The notes under the pieces are model-generated. The model was not told the origin of the DNA. It was given only the letters and a program-made list of their open reading frames with translations, and made no database searches. DNA of 64,000 nt from Dicyema japonicum (taxonomy: Eukaryota > Animalia > Dicyemida). Location of the stretch: contig RDEW01000014.1 of the NCBI GenBank assembly GCA_011109175.1, forward strand, positions 744,001 to 808,000, read 5' to 3'. Below are positions 51,300-63,490 of this stretch, piece by piece (positions within the stretch are counted from its first letter, which is position 1; each line of letters begins with the position of its first letter). The translations under genes and the position numbers were made by a program.

Positions 51300-52150
51300 G
51301 ATACGGATGTGAAGGGTACACTACGTTTCACAAGAACAACATACTCTCAATGACCTGATAACATTCCAGACATCCTATTAAAAAAATTTGGAGACGTGGG
51401 GGTTACCTTTATAAAGCCGACCTTCAACTATTCGATTAATCAAAATGTGATACAGTTAATTTGGAAACAGGTACACATTCGGCCAATACTGAAAACCTGG
51501 AAAACCAAAGATGACCCAGCGTCATTTAGAACTGTGTCTCGACTATGTTCTAAAATTCTGAATAGACTTGTGATCGGGAGAATAAAGGAGTTCGTACCAG
51601 ATAGGCCTATTTAGCACAGATTCAAGAACTTAAGATCTACGTTAGAAGTGGATTTTCAAATAAGCCGAGATTAAAAAAAGTGATCTGCTCGATTGATACA
51701 CAAGGCGTTAGACTCAGTTTCGAGAGAGATATCATCCAGGAAAATATTTCAGTCGGAGATCTCAGGGAAGCTCACGCTTTGGATCACCAACTTCCTAAGT
51801 GGATGAAGGGGACATTTATGCTTCGGAGGTATGAAATCCATCTCACGTCTCCTCCCCTACGGAGTCCATCAAGGATCTCCGTTTTCCCCTGCTCGAAAAA
51901 GAGGGCTTTCATAGTAACGGAGCGTTGCATTTGTGAATATCACCGAACTGGAACGACGCCTCTGGAGACCTTATAAGACTAGAATCCAGAATGCGGGAAT
52001 GCAGCCCCGTAAATTCAGTCAGCCGTCCTGTACGATCATGCGCGGACACGAGGGAGGAATACTTGGCACAGATGAGGTCACTTATGGAACTCATCTGGAG
52101 CATGTGATAATTAGTTTGGTTTTACCGTTATCCTGGGATGTTAAATGAAT
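51300..52150 (+). mobile_element. Degraded LINE RT fragment
   Basis: PILKTWK..DDPASFRTVS and ICSIDTQ..DSV remnants. Confidence 0.6.
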
Positions 52151-52820
52151 AAATAATAGAAGCAAAGACATTGCTAACAGCTCATACCTCAACTGCCAAA
52201 AGACAGTGGCCAAAGCCAAGTGCTGTAAACACAATCTCCGGTCACGAGGGTGTCTAAGTCGCCCCCAATTGTATTCACGATTTTGCTGACGACTCCTACC
52301 CATTCTACCAACCGCACCAGGAGGTTTCAAATGCGACTAGACAAAGTGATAGAAATCTAAAAAAACGAGAATTATCACATTAATATCACGAGATCAATGT
52401 TCTTGAAACGCCATTGTTATTTTGTTATATTTGATTTATTCATTTGAATTTTCAAATCTCTAAGCAGATATCTAACATTGATATGGTGCATACATATCTC
52501 CTCCGTTTCCTCTTATTGATGTTAGTTGAGAGGAAGTTCAATTTAATATATGAATGCATATGGTAGGAATTTGCATGCACAGATTCAAAATTTTGCTACA
52601 AGATGGTTATCGGTTCTTCATGTACTCCACAAAACGATAGAAGAGACTAAGGTGAAATAAATAGATATTTTTAAAGAAGGCATGTCTTCAATATTTTATT
52701 TTCGACCAGATCGTGAATTTTTAAAGATTATTTATTATAATATTTTAAATATTATTCATTTATTTATATATTTAGGATGGCTAATCATAAATATATGACG
52801 CGAAAAATAAGTCTTATGTG

Positions 52821-53561
52821 ATGGTTATGAATTCACCTAAAAGGCGAGAAAAGAGTCTTGGTTTATTAACCTGTAAGTTTGTCGAACTGCTGAATTCCTC
52901 AAAAAATGGTTTACTTGATTTACGAGAAGTAAGCATTTTATAAAGTACCACAGGCAGCCTCAAAACTATCAGTACGTCAGAAGCGTAGAATTTACGACAT
53001 AACAAACGTACTCGAGGGAGTCGGTCTTCTTGAAAAGAAATCTAAAAATTGCATTCGATGGATGTAAGACAAATTTAAACTTTAGACCAAATAAAAGTGA
53101 TTGTTCTGAGGAGGCTTGTCGGCTTCGAAAAGAGATCGAAATTCTTAAAAAATACGAGAAGGATGCAGAGAAGGAGGTCACCGCTGTAAAGCAATGTACC
53201 ACAAGTATGTGGAATGACACCGACTGTTATCACAACCTTACTTTTGTTAAAAACTCTGACGTCTCGTCTGTTTTTGAGAATCAGACGGTTTTTGCAGTTC
53301 ATGCTCCACCGGAAGCTCAGTTATCTTTTCCTAGAACATTTGTTTGCTTGTTATTTTATTCTTAAGGATCGGAAAGGAGGTCAACTACGTGTTTCCTGCG
53401 ATTCAGGGACTGTGTCGGTTGTTCTTATGGATGAATGTACCAAAGATAACTCTAAAAGCACTCCCATATCCTTCAACAAGGTTGATTTTTCTGTGAATGA
53501 CGACTACCTTTTTAAAATGATGGAAAATGAAAGTCTGGCTGATTGTTTTAAGGATTTCTAA
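52821..53561 (+). CDS. E2F: E2F4/5-like transcription factor, about 222 aa, 3 micro-introns
   Basis: Introns 52929-52953, 53064-53085, 53342-53366. [32 protein letters not shown], marked box [14 protein letters not shown]-terminal [16 protein letters not shown]. The start could lie at 52777 if one base is missing. Confidence 0.95.
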
Positions 53562-54179
53562 CGTTTATATTTTTGTTTTTAGTAAATTTAAAGATAATTC
53601 CTACTACTCGAGCTACCCAAGAAAGTGATCTCGCTTTTTCTCTCCCGGTTTTCTTACTGGGCTCTTTGAAGTTCAAACCTATTAGGGTAACCTATTTTCT
53701 TCTCTGGCTTGGTTAGTCTTCTAGAAAGGATTGTTTGGACCCCTACTTTTGTGAGGGATTTATGGGAGGCCGGTTAGTGAGGTTAGGGTAACTAGGTAAT
53801 TTCTTCTTTAACAAGTATCTCCTAGTATTGGACTATATATGATTGGAATTCTGAACGTTCGCGTAAACTGATTTTTAGTTCTAAAATTTAGCGCGTAGGA
53901 TGTCTTTAGAGTTGTGATCTGTTTGCACTGGAATGAGGAGGACTATGAGGTACATTTTTCGCCATGCGATGTGACGATCTCAAATTGGAGACCAGTTAAC
54001 CTATGCATAACCTTTTCACAGTTTATTTGTAATATTGCCATTATGTTGTATTAACTTTGTAATACTGGAAGGCTATTAACACGAATTTATTAGAAAGACG
54101 GCGTCAACGAAGACACTTTGGTTGAGTCAGAGGCCCAAATGGAGGTGATCAAATGAAACTCCTACACAATTCTTGCATC

Positions 54180-55620
54180 TTTCAACTAATTGAGTTATCT
54201 CTTAAATCGCGCTACCCTCTTACGTGGTAATTCAGTGTCCCAACTGTAAAACGATAGAGCCTCCACGAGTGCCTACAAATGAACTAGATCGGAGTTCCTC
54301 TGCATGAGTAATCGCATCTCTCAATATGTTTTCTGGTTCTTTGCAGAAACGCATGAAACTTCGCCATAGTTTCTTGTAGATTCCTCTGAGAAGAGTGGTG
54401 AGGCAGGGGTGTAATGATGTGCAAAGCAAACATGTATTTCTCTTGTCCGTTGTCGAGTTTGGTGGGACTGGCGTATTTGATTGTTGAGGGATAATCTGGT
54501 TGTTACTGACATTTAGGATATCGGTTAACTCACGTTGGCCGGAGAGGAAGTTGCTCAGCCACAATGTTTGGGTGAATACATGTCTTAAAAATCTTTTTTG
54601 TTAGCAGAGGTCTAAGAATCGAATACTTTTTGTATGCCCATAGCATACAAAGGGTGTTTGGGTATTTGTTTTTGGAGTATTGAATTCATCGTGATAAATT
54701 GCGAGACGGATCCAAGGTGTGTCGTAGCTGGACGACCCGGTCTGAAGCCGTGCTGGAGGAAAGCTATAGAAGATCCGAGGAAATTCATAGAACAAATTTT
54801 TCCAACAGTTTGAACATTATGCATGCTAAAGAGATTTGGCGGTACGAAACAGAGTCATCTTTTAGTTTTCTTGCTTTCAAAATAGGTGTGATAAGGGAAT
54901 TCTTCCAGATGTTTGGGGAACGTAGGTTTTTGATGGAATAGTTCTACAAGTTCGTTAATGCAACCTTAGCTCGCAGTCTAAGATGCTTAAGGTGGATCGA
55001 TGATATCCCATGGGGGTCACATGCACGAATTGTGCTTAGTGAAGCAATGGAATCACCACCTCAACCTGGATGAAAAAAAGTAATTGGGGATATGCGTTTT
55101 GGACTGCAGTACTCCAACCGTACGGAACGACTCATGGCCGATGATGTAGTGTCTTATTAGTTTATTCACGTGCTTGTGTGTCGACTGTGGTGGACTAAGA
55201 TGTCCACCTCTGTCATCTTCGTTGATAAGACTTTGATATTTCTTAGTATTTTCCAGAAGATAGTATATGAATTTTCTAACATTCCATGAAATACATTAAA
55301 GGAATACAGAACGACAAATCTGGTGAGATGAGGCTGTCCATTCTTCGGGTTGGGGTCTTGCTATGAACATCTGGATTGTTGAGAATAACCATATGATCTA
55401 GGGTCGACAATATATAGTCTCCTCGGATGTCAGTTGGTTGAGACTGTAAACAATGGAGATGTTTGGCGTTCAAATCGCAACAAATAATAAGGTATTTAAC
55501 CCTCATACGATCCCAGAGATGGAGAGGTCGAAATTTTGATTTTTGTATTAATTTTAAATGAGATTCTGAGAATCAATTCGAAGCTGTGGACTACGAGCGC
55601 GTGCCCCCAAGCTAGGAGAG
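54180..55620 (-). mobile_element. Degenerate APE-RT LINE
   Basis: CDLNAKH, LQHGFRPG, GIQKVFDS, WLSNFLSGQ. Confidence 0.7.
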
Positions 55621-55974
55621 GTAGAAATTTTATCTTTTATAAATAATGTTAAATGATATTTTAAAAATCAAATCGATTTTGGTGGTAGTCTCCGTGAAAT
55701 TATACTCATGTGGTTAAGAGACCTTGACATCAAATAGTACATTGATAGCAGTATTTATTTATTTAAAAATAAGCCTGGTATTCATTCGATTGGTTAAGAT
55801 CTGCCTTGACTTTCAGCTGAGACGGTCATGGAAGCAAACTACCCTCCTTAAGTCGCGTTTTTTCATTAAGGGTTTCAACTTTCGCTGAGGCTGACCCTGG
55901 GTGGCTGTAACCTTGGTGGGTTTCATCGTGAGATTGAAAAGAGGAAGTCATCTACACAGGATAATTAAAAAATA

Positions 55975-56620
55975 CAGTAAAGTCCCTTAAATTGGCCCAA
56001 AATTGTTCCTGAACTATTTTTTGCCAATTTGGGAATTTGGCCAATTTGGGAATTTAAAAAATTAAACCATTAAAGTAAAATATTATTTTTATCAAAATAA
56101 TCAGTTTATAAACCCTGGATGGAATCATTTTATAATAAAGCCTTTTATCGTCCATATTGTAAATTTTGCCTTTTTTGTAATGTTTGGAAATTTTTTTAAA
56201 AGTGATCTCAAATCCTTCTAGGTCAGGTTGTTTGTCAGTTATCATTTCCCCATTCGAAAACCATGTCTTGTTTGAATCTTGTAAGAAATCCTATAATTCT
56301 TGAAATCACTAATTAATAACTTTTCAGCAATATTTTGTGCTTTTTTGATATTAGTGTCTCATTTAAAAAAGCACCTAACATAAACAAATTAAAAATACCT
56401 TTAGATTCAATCAAATCCATCCATTCTAACATCATAGTATCAAGTTCAGGAAATTTTAACGATTTGCATGTCTTTGTTGAAGGAATATAATCTTTAGATG
56501 TTTTTAATATGGACTCTCGGGAATTAAGAATATTATTCACGGTTTTTTTGAATTCGAGTATTAAATAAATCAAAAAATCTGTGAGCGATTTTTTGGCACG
56601 ATTTAGTATTATTGTCTTTA
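55975..56620 (-). mobile_element. pogo/Tigger-like transposon remnant
   Basis: TA|CAGTAAAGTCCC terminus at 55973-55986. CENP-B-like KFPELDTMMLEW and IYNMDDKRLYYKM. 24-nt GT-AG segment at 56375-56398. Confidence 0.7.
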
Positions 56621-56739
56621 TATCTCAAAATTTCGAGTTTTTGTTAACAATTAAGCCTTTTATAATGGCAACGAGAAGCTTTCGACACATGATAAAATTT
56701 TTAGTTTGAAATTTTTATTTTTTAATAAAATGATTTTTT

Positions 56740-58110
56740 TGCAACGTGAAAAATTTATGAACAATAAAATGTGAGGAAAAGCGGCTGCTGACATCACGGA
56801 GTAAGCGTTTCCGCGGACAACTGCGATACCAATTCGTTGCCTCAGCCAGACCGCTTCCCGCACGTCTTTCTTGCGGTGAGCCAATTTCTCCCCGATTTCC
56901 TTTAGGGAAGAGGATGTAATACTTCCGGCCGCATCAGACGTCTTGATTGCTACCGGTACAAAACGGTAGCGGTCTCCAATTTTGCCATTTTTTTTAATTT
57001 TGATTTTCTCGGCCTGATCGGCTGCCGATCCAGCAGACTGCGTCGAGCTGAGTATCATCGAGTTCGAGAAAGAATCCACAACAGTGCAGTCCCATACGAG
57101 CGATTTTCCCTCAGTGAACAGATAGTTAACCCATCCGGTCTTTTCCCATTTCCGCGGTCCAATCCCACAGGCTCTAGTACTGCCGGGAAGCCTGCCGCTT
57201 CAAGAGCTCGCATGACAATGTTGTTCATAGCAGCATGGCGGGGTGCTCTGCTCGCACTCCTTTTGCACGAGAGCGGGTGCAGCCCTTTGGCATCGACGAT
57301 CCCTCCACAACGACATTGGTGTTTGACGCAAACATCAACTCCCAGGCGTTGTGCGATCCCAATCCGAATACAGTCATTGTCCAAATGGGTCCCCAGGAGG
57401 AACACGGGAGTGCATTCAGCCACGCTCTGCTCCCATGGTTGGCGGCAGACACGAGGCATGCAAGACGATGCTGGTTGGCCTCAGACTTTAGCACGTCGAA
57501 GATATTCTTGGAGTCGATATCATCCCAGTCACGTTGCCTTGAAGGATCGTTCGGAATATCCAAACCAGTTTCACACCATTCGCGACGAGCTTTGTCGAAG
57601 ACTCTTTCCCAGGAAAGTCCAGTTGGAAAACGTAGGATATCTTGGACCAAAAAGCTTCCAATTGAGAGCGATAACACATATGCTGGAAATGCGATCTCCA
57701 GCGCCGACCTGAGACCCGTTCCTCCGAGGCGTGTAGGAAGCTTGCATTGGTTCCAACTCGGCACATCAAAGTGATGTTTAGAGCAATTCAGCTGATTTTC
57801 TCAATGTCCTATCCAGTGACAGGAGGATGTCACGATGTTTGAAGCAGGGAGAACATCTGAGAGCATATAGGAGTTTGAACAAGCCGATGCTATTCTTCAA
57901 AAGGAAGAACGCTGTATGACCATCGAGTAAGGAGAGTTTCTCCGTGACTCTAGAGAGTTCATCCTCTTTTGTTAGTAGATGGCTCCGCAGTTCCTTTTCG
58001 TCAAGTGGGCACCCAAGAAAGTATGTCCACTCCCTGGGTACGACAGCAATTCCAGGTAGTACCGAGTTGAAAGACTCGACCACGCTGATAAAATCACTCT
58101 CCGAGTATGT
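56740..58110 (-). mobile_element. 5'-truncated CRE-like retroelement (best-preserved copy)
   Basis: FLGCPL, QCKLPTRLGGTGLRSA, AWLNALP, HQCRCG, EPVGLDRGNGKRPDG, QRIGIAVVRGNA over four frameshifted ORFs. Confidence 0.9.
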
Positions 58111-58299
58111 GATATTTATTGATAATTGACCTTTGAAGTGAAAATTTTCTGCGGTTAATAATTTTTTAACAATAAATGACATCTTTAAAATAGGCCAAAT
58201 GGGAAAACGAGGATCTTAGACGTCGTGAAAAGTCTTCGCAGTAGCTTAAAGGCTGTGAAAAAAATTAAACTTTGCTGCTAGTATTCGATATCGTTCTAA

Positions 58300-59000
58300 C
58301 CGCCCCATTTTTCGCATACTAGAAGATTCTACTATTTCAACGACTGACTAATGGAATCTGGTCTCTGCGAAGTCCGAGGAAACTACTTTCACTTTTATTT
58401 ATTGCAGAATCGTTGATGATTGGAGGGAAGATGTTTATAGGGTGTCCAGTTAAAAAACGAATGCGGTTTTCCACAGTTGGACGGAAAAAGACCTTAATTC
58501 CATAAGCCACAGGTATACTCGACCTCCAGCCTATAAAGCTGGTTGTAGAAGTTAACCAAGCATTCCTCTAAGACTTGGTAGCAGTAAGTGAATATTGCCT
58601 TTACGAGATATAGTATACGTATGACATCTGGCGTTTTTTTAATATTTTGGGAGAAAGATAGTATGGAATCGAAGATTAACAGAAAAATCCCGGGATTCCG
58701 ATTCATGAAGTTTTCAGTTTAATGGAATGACGAAAGTTTCCCTCAGCCTTCGACGAGTAGAAAAGATTGTATATGACGATTTTTCGAAATACACTGTGAG
58801 TCTGTTTGTAGCAGCTAGGTCTCGATGTTAGCATTGTATTTCGTACAGAAATAGATTGAAGAGACTTGGCGTAAGCAGTGATCCCTGAGAAAAGTCATTG
58901 AGATCTTCATCTTCTCAGCCTCTACATCCAACGAGCTGGTTGACAAACAAATAGCTTCATTGAAACTTCTTTTAACGTAGCTTCATGTTTTGGGGATATT
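58300..59000 (-). mobile_element. Degraded LINE RT fragment
   Basis: QGSLLTPSLFNLFL and LTVYFEKSSYTIFS. Confidence 0.5.
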
Positions 59001-59213
59001 CAGTGCCAAAATACAACAAAAATAATTTCCTTTTCCCCATCTAATCAACCCACAAATCTAGATGGTATTCTCTTCTACAGAAGCCTCTGAATTAACCAAA
59101 ATGCTAGTATATGCTTACATTTATCCAAAATGTTACATTAAAAAATTATTTATAATAATTATTTTTAAATTATTTTTGATAATTAAAAATTAAAAGTGTG
59201 CTAACCTGTGTTA

Positions 59214-60174
59214 ATGTCTGAATTGATATCTGACTTTCATACAAAACTGCTTTCCTTATGGAATTGTGGGGCACCAGTTAGAAGAGATCAACTGGAAGAA
59301 CTACTAGGTGACATGAAGGTATCAATTTATTACTTATATTTACTAGAAAGTCATTTTAAATTCTCAGCTTCTAAATCAGAATATTTCTTCTTACAACCAG
59401 TCTCAGATACAACTTAGTATTTCAATATCTTCCTACCAATTAGGGGACATTCTTGAGATCGCTGTTCAGTGGACTGCCATGAACTATGACATTCCCACTT
59501 TCTTTCGTTATGTCACTCAACTGAAGACCCATTACAACGAATTTAGGTTAAAATGCTGTTTCAACTTTTTAGACAGCTGCCACAATCTCCCAATTTCTAC
59601 CATATCCATGGACTTTACTTACTAGCACTCCTTACTTCACCTTCTGAAAAGATGCCGATTTTCCATATGGTAAGATTGTTCCCCCATTTTTCAGGAGCTG
59701 GAATTGCTACCGGATTCTGCAGTTGAGAAAAATGTTTATATTCGTCACGTTGTGCTGATTGAGCGCTTCCTAGCAACTGGAAGTTATAATAAAGTGCAAT
59801 CAGTCTTTTAATCCCCCAGATTATGCTCTGTCGTTCTGCCCTTCCCTCAAATGTCTACGGGCCTTTTTTGGACTTACTTATTGACAAGATCAGGTTTTCA
59901 CGTTTTCTATATTTAGGAATGAGATTATTTCCAGCATTAATGCGACCACAATTCCGCTCGATGATGCCCTGAGTATGCTATTTTTCAAGTCAGAAGAGGA
60001 GTTAGTTGGATTTAATGTAAGAATATAATAATTCATAAGGCTGGGATTACAGTAGAAAACGGATTTGCGTATTTTAGGCGTAAATCTGAGCAAAGTCCGG
60101 CCTTTAATTCAAATTGGCCAAATCTTTGTCTTTTATTAATTAAATACGCTAACACGATTGAAAAAATAATTTAA
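59214..60174 (+). CDS. PSMD8: 26S proteasome lid subunit Rpn12, 7 micro-introns, no frameshift
   Basis: Introns: 59319-59346, 59417-59443, 59547-59572, 59670-59694, 59794-59819, 59894-59916, 60017-60039. RDILEIAVQW..DIPTFFRYVTQLK, GLYLLALL, NVYIRH, GSYNK, KIRNEI, YANTIEKII*. Confidence 0.96.
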
Positions 60175-61249
60175 TTTTGACCTTGATTTTTCTTTTTCCA
60201 ATTTTCTTGTTTATTTTTATTTTATTTTTTTCGAAACAAAAGGATTTATTTAACTTGCAAAGTGTTATAAATAACTAAGCAGCTCTTAAGATTTGTAGGG
60301 AAATGCGCTAAATAAGATATCCTTCTTCTCAGTTGTCCCTTATTCTTTTTTCTAGCAACAATGCAAAGGTATATAGAAGGAAAGTTATTTGGGTTTAGAA
60401 TCCCAGAGGTTTCAGCTGCGACGGGTTTAGCGAACTCTCCTTTTAAGGTAGCGTATTTTTTCAGAAAGCTTTAGGCTCGCGGCGAGCTCGATCCTGAGTG
60501 AGTGGCTGTCATCGTTAGGTTGGAAAAGGAGAAGCCATCTACACACGTGTCAAGGCAAGGTATTTCCCACTTTCCTGTGGAAGTTTTCTTAGATTTTTAA
60601 GTCTAAACTTTATAAGCTTTAAACAATGTATTAGCTGTGGGTAACTTTCCGACTCTGCTACCTACTTGATCTAAGTATTTCCTTTCTGTCCTTTGCTTTC
60701 TTCAACTCCTAGAGGTATAATTGGATTCATCTAACTCAGGAGACTCCCATTACCTGGTCGCCGCCCAAAAGCATCCCTCTCTTCATTACTGCAATGGACG
60801 AATTCCCGTAATGTCGGATATTTGGAAATGACCTTGTGCTTGGAAACGACGTGTCCTACTCCACCAGCGGAACTGTATAAAAACCTATTTTAGTATGTCC
60901 GGGTTTATTAAAAACTATTAATAGTTGAAAAATTGGTAACTATCATATGGAAAATTTTGAACTATTTAAGCGTAAAATTTGATCTTTGATGTTAGTAATC
61001 ACTTTTATTCGTTTCAACATTTCTGTTTGACCAGGTGACGGTCTACACCGCACAAAAATCTGTATCGCTTCATAACGGATGTTCGGAGTCTATCTTGTCA
61101 GTCGAAAAGAGAGCAGCTTGGAGAAGACCTAAAGAGATACAAAATTTAGATTTGCTGTCTACAGGAAACGAAGGTGCCTTCGGGCGTTGACGAAACCTTT
61201 GGGAACTATCGTCTTATTTTGCTACCCTCGGAAAACCGATACTATGACC

Positions 61250-63490
61250 TTGGTTTTGGAATCAGTCAACTTTTGGCTGACTATCTACACAAAGTATTAT
61301 TATTAATAGCAATGTCCGCGGAACCAGAAAAGCTAACTAATTTGAGATTCCACTTTTGCCACGCATCTCTGGATAGCGCTGTGAGTCGTTTCCATCCTCC
61401 CCTGTATCTCGCAACCTTTCTCAGATCATCCAGATCCTCTGCTGTTTTCAGTTTTCTTCCTATCAAAGTGAGTTCTTTGTCGACCTCGATACGTTGTTTT
61501 GTTTAATACAGAAAAGTATGATTCCATGGCCTGATTGGCCGGTGTTCATTTCCGAAGCTCTTAGGATATGTCCAAAAGAACTGCCAATTCGCAGAAGTAA
61601 CTTTATTCCCAATCCTTTGTTGTTTGAGTAATTCTATATAGCTCGTTGTTGGTTATCCGGTTTGGCCAGTAGACTCCCAGAAGAAGTCGTAGTTGTTTTC
61701 TGTGGAAAGAGTAGAGGTTTTCCAGTTCTTTGGTGGTTAGGCCCAGGTCCCCGCGTTATACAGTAGAAATGGTTCGATATAGGAGTTGTACAACCGAATT
61801 CGAAGGCGAGTGCCTATGTACTTTCGTCGCATCCAGATCGCCCACAATTTTTTGAAAAAAGCAACCGCCAGAACTGTGAATAACGTCCTCCGAGTTACCG
61901 AAGAGAGATCCAACTTTCTTGCATGTTCTCCACTTTTCCTCGTTTCTCGTCGTGCAACGGGATATTTTGGTTGAGGTGTCGTGCTGCATGCCTCACGGAC
62001 TCCCGAACGTACAGTGGCATGATGACCTCGAGTGATCACAGACTACTAGTGGCACGTCTTATTCTAAAGCGACGCTTTGGAATCTCTGGAGCACTGGCAC
62101 CATGTAAGCGGAGAAGGACATTGGCTTTGGAGGCTCTATGTGCTTCCGACAATACCCGTAAAGTACGGCGAGAAAATATCGAAACTGTTGGAAATGTCGA
62201 CACGAATATGTCACCCGGGCTGCTATGAAAGAATATTTCTATCAGAGTCAGGCAGGCTGTTGGGATGGTACTGGGAAATCGCCCAATGAGGTTCAAAGGA
62301 ACTTTTGACAAAGAAATAGAAGAACTGTCAAAAAACAAAAGGAAACTCCGACTCTTAATCGAGTCGTCAGACTCGACAAGCCAAACTGACTCTCTTAAAA
62401 GAGAACGCAACAGAATCAAATACAAAATAATGAGAAGAGTGAGGGAACTAGCCCGGCATATACTGGATAACTTGGCAAAAGACGCCGAACGGTACAAACA
62501 TGGTGCAAAAATGTTTGCTGCGGTTAAACAATTATCCCGCAACACCAGACCGGAAAGAATCACAATTCTTGATGATACAGGAAAAGTAATAATCAACGGC
62601 CAGGAATCAGTAAATATAATTGCCGCTTTTTACAAAAAAAATTTCAATGAACACTTGGAACCGTTCGAAGGAATTCCAATTCCCAGCGACTTGAATCAAT
62701 GCATCACGCATTACGAAGTCATTTCAGCCTTGGGTAAGCTCAAGAATGGAAGAACCCCTGGACAGGACAACGTGAATGTAGAATTATTGAAATACGCGCC
62801 AGACAGGGTGGCTGAGTTAAATCTGCACAGTCCTGAACAGAACGTTCAAATGTCACAGTTCATTTGATTCGGGGAATGACACCTTGATCCCAATTCAGAA
62901 ACCTGGAAAGGAAAGGGGAAATTTAAACAGTCTACGCCCGATTACACTAATGAATACGATAAGGAAAATACTTTCTCTTGTTGTGCTGGATCGTATTTCA
63001 GGACCTGTAAATAAGTTCCTAAACCCGAGTCAAAGTGGATTCAGACCTGGAAGGTCGACAGCAGATGTAGTATGGAGCCATAGATGGCTGTGTGCAATGT
63101 GCCAGAAACACAAAGAAAAAATCTCAATCCTTGGAATTGACCTATCCCGTGCTTTCGACACTATCAACCGCAAAAAACTGATGCACGTACTGGAAAGTAT
63201 TCTAGACAAGGATGCATCACGTATGATCAAATTTTTACTCTCCAACACATCGCTATCGGTGCTCGTGGGAAATTACAACTCAACAAGAAAAAAAACCGAA
63301 ACCGGCGCACCACAGGGAGACTCGTTATCCCCGGTCCTATTCATAATATACCTGGAGGCAGCTCTAAGACCTCTCCGGGAAAAATACTGTTTCTCTAACG
63401 TGATAGAAGTAATCTATACCGATGATATTGATTTCGTCTGCCTGGAAAAGGATACGCTGGAAACTACACAAAGTATGAAGCATCAATGAC
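61250..63490. mobile_element. RTE-like LINE with inverted 5' part (61250-61985 minus; 61990-63490 plus)
   Basis: Plus part: SDHRLLVA, KNGRTPGQD, LRPITL, GFRPGRST, DLSRAFD, QGDSLSP, YTDD. Minus part continues the same protein: NEEKWRTCKKVGSL, RIRLYNSYIEPFLLYN. Confidence 0.85.

Noticed and set aside
57212-57774. Long plus-strand ORFs (166 and 179 aa) and similar antisense ORFs at 24012-24769 and 62036-62596
   Set aside because: They are shadows of GC-richer retroelement coding strands with no recognisable motifs.
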